Position numbers and translations under genes: made by a program. A stretch of 64,000 bases of DNA from contig CAMDUB010000009.1 of assembly GCA_945878575.1 (NCBI GenBank), forward strand, positions 87 through 64,086. The letters run 5' to 3'. The notes beneath the pieces were generated by a model. That model saw only the letters and a list, made by a program, of their open reading frames with translations. It was not told the origin of the DNA and did no database searches. Source of the stretch: Phycisphaera mikurensis NBRC 102666 (GTDB lineage: Bacteria; Planctomycetota; Phycisphaerae; Phycisphaerales; SM1A02). Shown piece by piece: positions 27,543 to 36,899 of the stretch. The first letter of the stretch is position 1; each line of letters starts with the position of its first letter.

Positions 27543-28727
27543 ATGCGCACTCTTGCCAACATCGCCATTGCTTGCATCGCCATCACCGTCAGCGCCGTTG
27601 CGCTCCCAGCGTGTGCGCAGCGCCGACCCGTGCAGCCGGAATCGGAACTACTGGCTGAGCGCGCGGAAATCAAGAAGCGATTCAATGAAGGCAATCGCAT
27701 ATGGATGGAATTCCTGGTCAAGAACGTGCATGAGCGCCGTGCCACGGAGCCACAAGCGAGCGTTGATGTGTTGGTGGTTTCCGGCGGTGGCGACTGGGGC
27801 GCCTTTGGAACGGGCGTATTGATCGGCTGGAGCGGACTGCCCGCTGGTCCCACCGCGCTTCCAAAATTTCAAGTGGTATCCGGCGTGAGTACCGGCGCTT
27901 TGATCGCGCCATTTGCTTACCTTGGAACTGCCAAAGACTTGAAGGCGATCGATGACCTGTACCGGAATCCCAAGTCAGACTGGGTGAAGTCACGCGGCCC
28001 CCTGTTCTTCCTGCCGGACAATGCCAGCTTTGCTGAAGTGCCTGGGCTAGAGCGCGAAGTGGACAAGTTCATTGACATGGACTTTGCCAAGCGCATCGCC
28101 AAGGAATTTGAAACCGGCCGCATTGTTGTCATTCAGACCACCAATATGGACGACGGCAGCGCGCAGCCCTTCAACTGGAGCTTTGCTGCGAAGCAGGCCA
28201 CTGAGGACGGCAACATCCGTCGACTGCAGAACATTCTGCTGGCTTCCTCGGGAATTCCCGGTGCATTCCCACCCCGGGAGATCGACGGATCGCTCTATGT
28301 CGATGGCGCAGTGACCAGCAACATCATTTACGGCGGAGCATTCAAACGCAATGAAACGTTCGGCGCAACATGGAAGCGCATGTATGCGGGCGAGTCGATC
28401 CCCAAGATTCGCTATTGGGTCATTCTCAATAACTATGCGGCTGCGCAACCCGTCACCGTACAACCCACGTGGCCCAGCGTGATCTCACGCGCGCTTGAGG
28501 TGGCCGTGCGTGCTTCAACAACCATTGCGCTCCGGCACTTGTATTCCATGGCCGAGGTCAACCAACTCCGCGGCGATGGCGACATTGAAGTTCGCTGGAT
28601 GGCCATTCCCGATTCTTGGAAGGCCCCAACGGAAGGCATCTTCCAAGAGGCAACCATGCGTTCGCTCTCTGACTTGGGCATGAAGATTGGTGCCGACCCG
28701 GCGTCGTGGCAGACTGAAGCTCCGTGA
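27543..28727 (+). CDS. Secreted patatin-like phospholipase
   Basis: Signal peptide MRTLANIAIACIAITVSAVALPACA. Oxyanion motif SGGGDWGAFG, nucleophile elbow GVSTG (GxSxG) and catalytic Asp motif DGAVTSN. Confidence 0.8.
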   Translation: MRTLANIAIACIAITVSAVALPACAQRRPVQPESELLAERAEIKKRFNEGNRIWMEFLVKNVHERRATEPQASVDVLVVSGGGDWGAFGTGVLIGWSGLPAGPTALPKFQVVSGVSTGALIAPFAYLGTAKDLKAIDDLYRNPKSDWVKSRGPLFFLPDNASFAEVPGLEREVDKFIDMDFAKRIAKEFETGRIVVIQTTNMDDGSAQPFNWSFAAKQATEDGNIRRLQNILLASSGIPGAFPPREIDGSLYVDGAVTSNIIYGGAFKRNETFGATWKRMYAGESIPKIRYWVILNNYAAAQPVTVQPTWPSVISRALEVAVRASTTIALRHLYSMAEVNQLRGDGDIEVRWMAIPDSWKAPTEGIFQEATMRSLSDLGMKIGADPASWQTEAP

Positions 28728-29686
28728 GTACCACGCCTGGTGGCGAAGTTGAGGCACGATCAAGCAGCACCACCGTGGTGGCGTTCGTGGCCCTGTATGT
28801 CTTCTGGGGTTCCACCTACCTTGGCAGCAAGTTTGCCATGGCAAGTTTTCCACCAGCGCTGCTGAGTGGCATTCGATTCATCATCGCCGGGCTCGCAATG
28901 GCGGTAATTCTCTTTGCGTGCAAGAAGTTGCATCTCAAGGATTTTGCCAATTGGCGCTGGTGGCGCAATTGCAGCGGCGCAGGAATTCTGCTCTTCGCCC
29001 TGGCAAACGTCATGGTTTCCATGGGTGTTCAGCGCATCCCCTCTGGCGTTGCGGCATTGATTGTGGCATTGACCAGCGTATGGATCGTGTCGCTGGACCG
29101 CATCATTTCGCGCGCAGGCGCACCAAGTTGGTCGATCATCTTGGGACTGATTTGCGGCATTGCGGGAGTGACCGTCCTCGGCGGTCCAAGCTGGGGTGGC
29201 GGTGCCAGTGAACTGAGTACTGCTGGCGTGCTACTGGCTGCAGCAAGCACCATCGCATGGGCATGCGGAACGATGGTCGCCAAGCATTCGGCACGACCGG
29301 ATTCGCTGTGGGCTGCCAGCGTCATGCAGATGCTCGGCGGCGGCGCGGCGGCACTGATTGCCAGCACCGTCTTTGAACGTCAGGCGTGGCCGACGTGGGA
29401 AGCGGTCACCCCAAGTTCATTGTGGGCGATCGCATACCTGGTGGCGTTCGGATCATTGGTCGGTTTCAGCGCATACGTGTGGCTACTGAGTAACGTCAAC
29501 GCGGCAGCGGTGGCAACGTACGCCTACGTGAATCCGTTGGTGGCACTGTGCCTAGGGACACTGCTGGCCGGCGAAGCGATTCCAGCGCGAACCGGCTTGG
29601 CGGCACCACTCATTCTTGGCAGTGTGGCGCTGATGCAGTTTGTCAGACCGCCATCAAAGAACGAACCGCCGGTTGCCGAAGAATAG
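28724..29686 (+). CDS. EamA/DMT-family transporter
   Basis: About 10 hydrophobic helices in two repeats. The N-terminal block VVAFVALYVFWGSTYLGSKFAM is typical of EamA. The start overlaps the patatin stop. Confidence 0.7.
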   Translation: MSTTPGGEVEARSSSTTVVAFVALYVFWGSTYLGSKFAMASFPPALLSGIRFIIAGLAMAVILFACKKLHLKDFANWRWWRNCSGAGILLFALANVMVSMGVQRIPSGVAALIVALTSVWIVSLDRIISRAGAPSWSIILGLICGIAGVTVLGGPSWGGGASELSTAGVLLAAASTIAWACGTMVAKHSARPDSLWAASVMQMLGGGAAALIASTVFERQAWPTWEAVTPSSLWAIAYLVAFGSLVGFSAYVWLLSNVNAAAVATYAYVNPLVALCLGTLLAGEAIPARTGLAAPLILGSVALMQFVRPPSKNEPPVAEE

Positions 29687-29721
29687 GCACAGATTCCGTT
29701 CGCAGCGCAGGTAGAGAGCAC

Positions 29722-30321
29722 TCACGCCGTCCACGCGCGCACATGATCGCCGACAACTGCCGTCACCACCGCAAACACGCGGTCGCGATGAGATCGAACC
29801 ACCACGTTCTGCTTGCCATCATCACTCAATGCGCCCACATGTTCAATGCGAAGTGAACGACCGAGTGCATCGGCGCCGATCCGCTCAGCCTTCACCACGG
29901 ACTCCTTGGCGCACCACAGGCGGAGCGGCCATACATCATCATTCCACGGAAGCCGTGCTTCGCCGGTCTCTTCTGCAAGCGATCGCAACGCAGGGATACC
30001 GGAAGCATGAATCGGCTCGGCATCAATACCGAGGCTCGGTGCGCCAGGTGCGGCGATCGCACATCCGGCAAGTCCGCGGGTATGCGCAATCGATACGAAC
30101 GGCGCAGCGCGGTGACCAGCAATACGTGGCGCACCTTGTGCATCATGATCAAGAGCGGCGCCATGCCACGCGCTTGGTCCGTGCGTGCTCTTCCACGCGG
30201 CCACTGCGACGCCGAATGCGGCACGACTGGCTTGACGCCCGAGTTCACGCGTGTGCGCGCGCGGCGCATCGGGTTCGTGCGCAAACGGGAGCCAGATGAT
30301 GACAGGATCCAACAGGTCCAT
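29722..30321 (-). CDS. 4'-phosphopantetheinyl transferase superfamily protein
   Basis: GIDAEPI (the GxDxE motif) and LWCAKESVVKA (the WxxKEAxxK motif). Confidence 0.55.
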   Translation of the reverse strand: MDLLDPVIIWLPFAHEPDAPRAHTRELGRQASRAAFGVAVAAWKSTHGPSAWHGAALDHDAQGAPRIAGHRAAPFVSIAHTRGLAGCAIAAPGAPSLGIDAEPIHASGIPALRSLAEETGEARLPWNDDVWPLRLWCAKESVVKAERIGADALGRSLRIEHVGALSDDGKQNVVVRSHRDRVFAVVTAVVGDHVRAWTA

Positions 30322-30429
30322 GGGCGAGAAGTATGTCCGAAACCGTTGCAGCGCAACAACGGTATCGGCAGATTGCCGACCGCTACTACAGCGCGTCTTG
30401 GGTCAGAGACCGGGCTGCACCGCGCCTAA

Positions 30430-33400
30430 TCACACGGAGAAGTAGCCCGCACTGGGGTGGTGGACAATGATCGCGCTGGTGGACTGCTCGGGGTCAATTT
30501 GGAAATTCTCGGTGAGATGACAACCGATCCGCTCCGGCCGGAGCAAACGCCACATCTTCTCTTGATCAGACATATCGGGGCATGCCGGATAGCCAAAGCT
30601 GTAGCGGCACCCTCGATACTTCTGTTGGAAGAGTTCGCGGATCTTCGGGCTGTCGTCATGACCAATCCCCAACTCCGCGCGCATGCGCTTGTGCCACAGT
30701 TCCGCAAGTGCTTCCGCACATTCCACGCCGAATCCGTGCGTGTACAGATATTCCGTGTAGGCGTTGCTGTCGAACAACTTCTTCGCACGCACGCTGGCCA
30801 TCGGACCCATGGTGACGCAGGTGAGACCCACCACGTCACGCTCGCCTGAAGCAGACGAACGGAAGAAATCACTGATGGAAAGTTGACGGCCAGTCTTCTG
30901 GCGCGGGAAATCAAAGCGCTCCAGTTCACGCCCCGGATCCGTTGGGTCGTAAATCAACAATGCATCACCTTCCGTCGCACACGGATACCAGCCGTACACA
31001 ACCTTTGGCTGCAAGAACGCGTCGCCATCATCCTTGGCCTGCTTCTGCATGCGCGCCAGTGCTGGCCGAGCCTCGTTGTCTAAGAGTGCTTCGTACGCCT
31101 TGGCATCCAGGTCGCCTTGCTTGAATCCCCACTGACCGCGGAACAAGGCAGTCTGATTGATGAATGGGAACAATTCGTCAAGATCAACATGCTCTACCAC
31201 GCGCGCGCCCCAGAACGGCGGATCGGGAACACGGTCCACTGCAACCACGGTGCTGGCTGGACGTGCACCCTCGGTACCGCCCGAGCCCTGCTCGCCACGC
31301 ATCGCCGCACCACCGTCAACGCTCTCTATGACCGCCGCGCCGCCAGCGGGTTCCTTACCAATGGCACAGGCACGCGATGCCGCAACGCGCTCATCAACAG
31401 CGCGGCGCTTGCCAAGTCGCTCATCGATCTGCTCGTCAATGGCCGCCAACGTCCCGGTGGCCAACGCATCACAGACGGACATGCCCTCGAACGCGTCGCG
31501 CCCGTAGTAAAGCGGCCCGGCGTAAATGCCGCGCAAGTGACCCTCCGCGTAGTGACGCGTGAGTGCCGCACCGCCAAGAAGTACCGGGATGTTGATGCCG
31601 CGCTCGTTGAGTTCGCGCAGATTCTGCTCCATCACGCCCACGCTGCGCACAAGCAGTCCGCTCATGCCCAGCGCGTCGGCCTTGGTTCGCTCCACTGCTT
31701 CCAGCATCGCTGTCAGCGGCTGCTTGATGCCAATGTTGTGAACTTCAAATCCATTGTTGGTGAGAATGATGTCAACCAAATTCTTGCCAATGTCATGGAC
31801 ATCACCAGAAACCGTCGCCAACACAATGCGCGCCTTGGCACGACCGGTGGCGCCAGCCTTCTCCATGTGCGGCTGCAACAAAGCAACTGCCTTCTTCATC
31901 ACCGTGGCGCTCTTCAGAACGAATGGCAACTGCATCTTGCCGGAACCAAAGAGATCACCAACCACCTTCATGCCCATCAGCAAATGGTCGTTGATGATTT
32001 CCAGCGGCCCATACACCGCCAGCGCGCGATCAAGCGCTGCTTCAATACCCTTGTCTTCGCCGTCAATAATGTGCTGCTGCAGCGCCTCTTCAATCGGAAG
32101 ATCCGCGAGCGTCTTTCGAACCTCGACCGTTTCAGCACCATCGGGGAACAGCCCGATGAAGTGCAGCAGCGGATCAAAGTCCTCGGGCATCCCTTCCGGA
32201 CGCTCCGCACCACGACGATTGAAGATCAACCACTGCGCAGCATCCCACTGTTCCTTCGGAATGCGATTCTCCGGCAGGATCTTGCTCGGGTGCACAATCG
32301 CCGCAGTCAGACCACGCATGCGCGCTTCATGCAGGAACGCACTGTTCAATACCGCTCGCGCAGATGGCTTGAGTCCGAATGAAATGTTGGACAATCCAAG
32401 CAGAATTTGGCATTCTGGGAATCGTTCGGAGATTCGCCGGATGCCTTCCAGCGTCTCCAGACCCAAACGACGATCTTCGTCATTGCCGGTTGCAATGGTG
32501 AATGTCAGCGGATCAAAGAACAAGTCGTGGGCATCTAATCCCCACTTGCGCGTGAACAGATCATGAATACGCGCTGCGATTTCCACCTTGCGGTCCGCGG
32601 TCTTGGCCATACCAGCCTGCGGATCTTCATCGATAGTGAGCGCCACGCATGCAGCGCCATAGCGCTTGAGTAGAGGGCAGATTTCGTCGATCCGCTTCTC
32701 GCCGTCTTCCAAGTTGATGCTGTTGACAATGCAGCGTCCACCAGCTCGCTTCAGCGCGGCTTCAATCACATCCGCCTGGGTGCTGTCAACCATCAGTGGC
32801 GCGTTCACATGTTGCACGTAGCGGCTTGCCACCTCGGCCATGTCTTTCACGCCATCGCGTCCAACAAAGTCAACGCATACATCCAAGAGGTGACTGCCAT
32901 CGCGCATCTCTTCTTTCGCCATGCTGACCAAGCCATCCCAGTCATCAGCGTCCAACAACGTCTTGAACTTCTTGCTTCCATTGGCATTGGTGCGCTCTGC
33001 AACAATCAGGAAACTATTGTCTTGCCGGAACTCGGTGAATCCATAAAGACTTGAGCACCCCGGCGTGCTCACCGCTACGCGAGTGATCGGCGTTCGGGTG
33101 CCAACAACTTCGCGGAGTGCACTGATGTGCTCGTTGGTGGTACCGCAGCATCCACCGACGATTCCTGCGCCAAATTCTTCGATGAATCGACGCATCGCTG
33201 CGCCAAATCCTTCGGGCCGCAAAGGGTATTCCGTGCGTCCGTCCACCAAGATCGGTAAACCTGCATTGGGGATCACACTGAACGGACGGTTCCAATGCTT
33301 GGCCAAATACGCAATGTGCTCAGCCATCTCGGTTGGGCCGGTCGCGCAATTCAAACCAAGACTTGCAATTGGAAACGGTCGCAGTGCATTGACTACTGCT

Positions 33401-34032
33401 GCCATGTCGGAGCCAAGCAACATGGTGCCGGTGGTCTCCATGGTAACGCTGGCAAGCACCGGAATATCCTCATGCGTCTTTCCAACGGCGCCGATGGCAT
33501 CAAGGCACGCACTAATAGCGCACTTCACTTGCAACAAATCTTGACTGGTCTCCACGATCAAGCAGTCCGCGCCACCATCAATGAGGCCGCGCGCCTGCTC
33601 GCGATATGAATCGAGCATCAGCTCCCAAGAAACTTGCCCAAGAGTAATGAGTTTCGTACCAGGCCCCATCGACCCCGCAACAAAGCGTGGTCGGTCCCGC
33701 GTACTGAACTTGTTGGCGGCCGCGCGCGCAACCTGCGCGGCACGCACATTCAGGTCGTACACCCAACTGACCATCTCTTCATCAAAGTCAGCCGCGACCA
33801 ATTTGTTGGAACCGAACGAATCCGTTTCCACAACGTCTGCACCTGCTGCCAAGAAACCCTCATGGATGCGCTGAATCAAATCGGGGCGACTGCGCACCAA
33901 AATGTCCGTGCAATTCTCACGGCCGAGGTAATCCTCCGCAGCACAATCAGCGCACGAGTGAATGCTCGTCCCCATCGCACCGTCGAACACCACGATGCCA
34001 CGATCTAACGCCGACTGGAAGCTGCTGGCCAT
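30430..34032 (-). CDS. metH: Cobalamin-dependent methionine synthase
   Basis: 1200 aa with all four modules. The Hcy domain has GGCCGTT, the pterin domain has INSINLEDGE, the B12 domain has GDVHDIGKNLV, and an AdoMet-activation C-terminus is present. Confidence 0.95.
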   Translation of the reverse strand: MASSFQSALDRGIVVFDGAMGTSIHSCADCAAEDYLGRENCTDILVRSRPDLIQRIHEGFLAAGADVVETDSFGSNKLVAADFDEEMVSWVYDLNVRAAQVARAAANKFSTRDRPRFVAGSMGPGTKLITLGQVSWELMLDSYREQARGLIDGGADCLIVETSQDLLQVKCAISACLDAIGAVGKTHEDIPVLASVTMETTGTMLLGSDMAAVVNALRPFPIASLGLNCATGPTEMAEHIAYLAKHWNRPFSVIPNAGLPILVDGRTEYPLRPEGFGAAMRRFIEEFGAGIVGGCCGTTNEHISALREVVGTRTPITRVAVSTPGCSSLYGFTEFRQDNSFLIVAERTNANGSKKFKTLLDADDWDGLVSMAKEEMRDGSHLLDVCVDFVGRDGVKDMAEVASRYVQHVNAPLMVDSTQADVIEAALKRAGGRCIVNSINLEDGEKRIDEICPLLKRYGAACVALTIDEDPQAGMAKTADRKVEIAARIHDLFTRKWGLDAHDLFFDPLTFTIATGNDEDRRLGLETLEGIRRISERFPECQILLGLSNISFGLKPSARAVLNSAFLHEARMRGLTAAIVHPSKILPENRIPKEQWDAAQWLIFNRRGAERPEGMPEDFDPLLHFIGLFPDGAETVEVRKTLADLPIEEALQQHIIDGEDKGIEAALDRALAVYGPLEIINDHLLMGMKVVGDLFGSGKMQLPFVLKSATVMKKAVALLQPHMEKAGATGRAKARIVLATVSGDVHDIGKNLVDIILTNNGFEVHNIGIKQPLTAMLEAVERTKADALGMSGLLVRSVGVMEQNLRELNERGINIPVLLGGAALTRHYAEGHLRGIYAGPLYYGRDAFEGMSVCDALATGTLAAIDEQIDERLGKRRAVDERVAASRACAIGKEPAGGAAVIESVDGGAAMRGEQGSGGTEGARPASTVVAVDRVPDPPFWGARVVEHVDLDELFPFINQTALFRGQWGFKQGDLDAKAYEALLDNEARPALARMQKQAKDDGDAFLQPKVVYGWYPCATEGDALLIYDPTDPGRELERFDFPRQKTGRQLSISDFFRSSASGERDVVGLTCVTMGPMASVRAKKLFDSNAYTEYLYTHGFGVECAEALAELWHKRMRAELGIGHDDSPKIRELFQQKYRGCRYSFGYPACPDMSDQEKMWRLLRPERIGCHLTENFQIDPEQSTSAIIVHHPSAGYFSV

Positions 34033-34193
34033 ATGTAGATGAACCGTACTTCAATACCCGCCCTTATTCAACCGTTCATCCGGATATACGGATGGATGGC
34101 ATTCGGAAAGATTTATGGCTAGGTATTATTAGACGTTATGTAAGAGCGTGGGTCCAATCGCCATTGTTCGCCGGTTCGTACCCTTGTCATTCC

Positions 34194-35744
34194 ATGGCTT
34201 CCCGCGTTCCCTGCGTTCCCCCGCTCGTCATCCTGATCGCAGCACTGTCCATGGCGCATTGCGCGCCGGATGATCGTGCAGCTACTGTCGACGCGACCAC
34301 GAAGGGCGCCACGACAGACGCGGCGACTTTGAGTCCCGCTGCATCGAATACAACGACATCGACCACTGCGCCATCGCCCTCCCCCGCAACAAACGCCGCA
34401 ACAAACGCCGCAACCTTCGACGCCGTGTGGACCACCGTTCGCGATTCACATTGGGACGCCACGCTCGGCGGAGTTGACTGGAACGCGGTGCGCGCTGAGT
34501 TGCTGCCCAAGGCCACCGCTGCAGAATCCAACGAGGCATTGCGCGCCGTACTTACCGATGCACTGAGTCGTTTGCAGCAAAGTCACTTTGCCATCATTCC
34601 CAGTGAGTTTGCCAATACTGAAGAAGTCGAACTTCAAGCGCCACACGCGGACGGTGCCTCCACCGCGCAACCCGCGGCGGTCGCAAAGCAGCCCAGTCCT
34701 GCAGTGAAAGAAGGCCAGTCCGGCGCGGAACTTGCATTCATGCCGCATGAAGGCGCCGCCGGCACATGGGACGCGATTGTGGTGGCTATCGAGCCTGGCT
34801 CTCCCGCCGAGCGCGCGGGCATTACCACCGGCATGCGCGTTACCAAGATCGCCAACGGCACGATCGACACCATCGCAGCGGTCGGTGACCACCTGCCGCC
34901 CGGCGATGGTCTAGAGCGCTACGAACGCGCACAGATGGCGCACATCGCCACCACTGGCGATCCCGGCACCACGCGTTCGTGGGAGCTGGAGACGGTGGAC
35001 GGCTCCGCACTCACCGCCGATGTCACCTACGAACTTGACTCGCGCCCGCACACCAAATTCGGTTTGCTTCCTGCACTTCCAACGGAACTCACCTGGCGTC
35101 ACCTTGATGAAACCGAACGGCAGCGCTGGGGTGCCACAGACCATGAAATCGGCCTGATTCGCTTCAATATCTGGCTGATCCCCGTAGCGCGACCGTTTGA
35201 CATCGCCATGGACACGCTCCGTTCCGCCGACGGCATCATCATCGATTTGCGCGGCAATCCGGGCGGCATCGGCGCCATGGCCATGGGTATCGCTGGTCAC
35301 TTCACTGCAGAGGCTCGCGAGCTTGGCGAAATGCAGACGCGCGACGTCACGCTGCAATTCAAGACCAACCCGCGAACGGTGAGTAGTACTGGTGTTGCCG
35401 TCACGCCGTACGCCGGTCCAGTGGCCATTCTGGTGGACGACTCCACCGCGAGTACCAGTGAGATCTTTGCCGGGGGAATGCAATTCCTCAAGCGCGCGAA
35501 AGTGTTCGGAACGCGCACCGCCGGCGCCGCGCTCCCAGCAATCACCATGACGCTTCCCAATGGCGACGTCTTCCTGCACGCGATCGCCGACTACCGCCTC
35601 CCCGACGGCTCCGCGCTGGAAGCAACCGGCGTAGTACCCGACAACGCACGTCCGTACACGCGCGCTGATTACGCCGCACTTGGCGACCCCGCGATGGCCG
35701 AAGCCGTGCGTTGGATTGCCAGCCAGCGCAGCAACGGGCACTGA
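34194..35744 (+). CDS. S41-family (C-terminal processing / tricorn-core type) serine peptidase with PDZ-like region
   Basis: The start at 34194 gives the signal MASRVPCVPPLVILIAALSMAHC. IIDLRGNPGG and the catalytic-Ser region DDSTASTSEIFAGG are S41 hallmarks. Confidence 0.75.
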   Translation: MASRVPCVPPLVILIAALSMAHCAPDDRAATVDATTKGATTDAATLSPAASNTTTSTTAPSPSPATNAATNAATFDAVWTTVRDSHWDATLGGVDWNAVRAELLPKATAAESNEALRAVLTDALSRLQQSHFAIIPSEFANTEEVELQAPHADGASTAQPAAVAKQPSPAVKEGQSGAELAFMPHEGAAGTWDAIVVAIEPGSPAERAGITTGMRVTKIANGTIDTIAAVGDHLPPGDGLERYERAQMAHIATTGDPGTTRSWELETVDGSALTADVTYELDSRPHTKFGLLPALPTELTWRHLDETERQRWGATDHEIGLIRFNIWLIPVARPFDIAMDTLRSADGIIIDLRGNPGGIGAMAMGIAGHFTAEARELGEMQTRDVTLQFKTNPRTVSSTGVAVTPYAGPVAILVDDSTASTSEIFAGGMQFLKRAKVFGTRTAGAALPAITMTLPNGDVFLHAIADYRLPDGSALEATGVVPDNARPYTRADYAALGDPAMAEAVRWIASQRSNGH

Positions 35745-35767
35745 ATACGCAGAGCGCAACTGCTTCC

Positions 35768-35878
35768 ACTTCTACTTCAACACCGAACTTCTACTTCGAA
35801 ACCACACTTCTACTTCGACACCACACTTCTACTTCGATACCACACTTCTACTTCGACACAGCACTTCTACTTCGCTCA
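35768..35878 (+). repeat. Six tandem copies of a 19-nt unit (consensus CACACTTCTACTTCGACAC)
   Basis: The core ACTTCTACTTC starts at 35768, 35787, 35806, 35825, 35844 and 35863, an exact 19-nt period. The array ends 10 nt before the ATG at 35888. Confidence 0.9.
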
Positions 35879-35887
35879 GGACCCATC

Positions 35888-36880
35888 ATGAAAAACCGCA
35901 CCATCCTCTCGTTCATCCCCGTCGCTCTCGCTTGCACCACCATCGCCCTCGCGCAAGCCGTGCAGTCGCCAACAAAGCCTGCAAAGACCCCGGCCGCTGC
36001 GCCTGTTGCACCAGTTGCACCAGCTGCACCCGCTGCCCCAATTGCTCCGTCTGCCACCCCGCCAGTCGCTCCCGCCGCCGCGCCCGCACCTGCTGGGCTC
36101 CCGAAGTTCGCGCCCGTCGCCTTTGAAGGCGCCAAGCCATCCGCGCAAGAGCTGCTGACGCGCCACATCACCGCCACCGGCGGCGAGAAGGCGTGGGATG
36201 CCAAGAACATGATGAGTTCCAAGGGCGCCATTGAAATTCCTGCCGCCGGCCTCAAGGGCGCCATGGATATGCAAGCGATGGCTCCGGACAACATTGCCGT
36301 CGTCATGGACATTCCAGGAATGGGTCAGTCGCGCAGCGGCTTCAATGGGACCGTTGGTTGGACGATCGATCCGATGCGTGGGCCAGCACTGATGGATTCC
36401 AAGCAGGTTGCAGACCTCAAGCGCGATGGCAACTTCCGCCGCGACTTGGACCTGATGCGCAACGCCGGCAACGCCGAAGTGCTTGGGCTGGTTGAATTCG
36501 AAACGCGCCCGTGCTGGCAGGTGAAGATTTCCACATCGACTCCCGACGCCACCCCCACCAACAATTTCTACGACAAAGAAACCGGTCTCATGGCCGGCAT
36601 GACCATGATGGCAGCAACACCCATGGGCAGTATTCCGGTGACGTTGGTGACTAGTGAATATAAAGACTTTGCAGACGTCAAACTGCCCGTCCGTACCACC
36701 ACTAAGGTCATGGGGCAGATGCAAGTGATGACCATCGATTCCGTGACTTGGGAAGGTGTGTCTGCCAAAGCATTTGAACTGCCACCAGAAATTGCTGCGA
36801 TGAAGAACGCTGCTCCGACACCAGCAACACCCGCGGCTCCCATCGCCCCCGCCGCCCCCGCCGCCCCCGCCACCAAGTAA
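35888..36880 (+). CDS. Secreted protein with Ala/Pro-rich linkers, unknown function
   Basis: The ATG at 35888 gives the signal peptide MKNRTILSFIPVALACTTIALAQA. The ORF-track extension from 35711 merely reads through the tandem repeat. The globular core has no motif I recognise. Confidence 0.6.
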   Translation: MKNRTILSFIPVALACTTIALAQAVQSPTKPAKTPAAAPVAPVAPAAPAAPIAPSATPPVAPAAAPAPAGLPKFAPVAFEGAKPSAQELLTRHITATGGEKAWDAKNMMSSKGAIEIPAAGLKGAMDMQAMAPDNIAVVMDIPGMGQSRSGFNGTVGWTIDPMRGPALMDSKQVADLKRDGNFRRDLDLMRNAGNAEVLGLVEFETRPCWQVKISTSTPDATPTNNFYDKETGLMAGMTMMAATPMGSIPVTLVTSEYKDFADVKLPVRTTTKVMGQMQVMTIDSVTWEGVSAKAFELPPEIAAMKNAAPTPATPAAPIAPAAPAAPATK

Positions 36881-36899
36881 CCACACCACGCGGCACTCA

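Noticed and set aside
34033-34193. SAM or B12 riboswitch upstream of metH (minus strand).
   Set aside because: The divergent intergenic region is short, relatively AT-rich and lacks conserved riboswitch cores. It most likely just holds two promoters.
35768-35878. CRISPR array.
   Set aside because: The units are contiguous 19-nt repeats with no spacers, and no cas genes are nearby. It is a simple tandem repeat.
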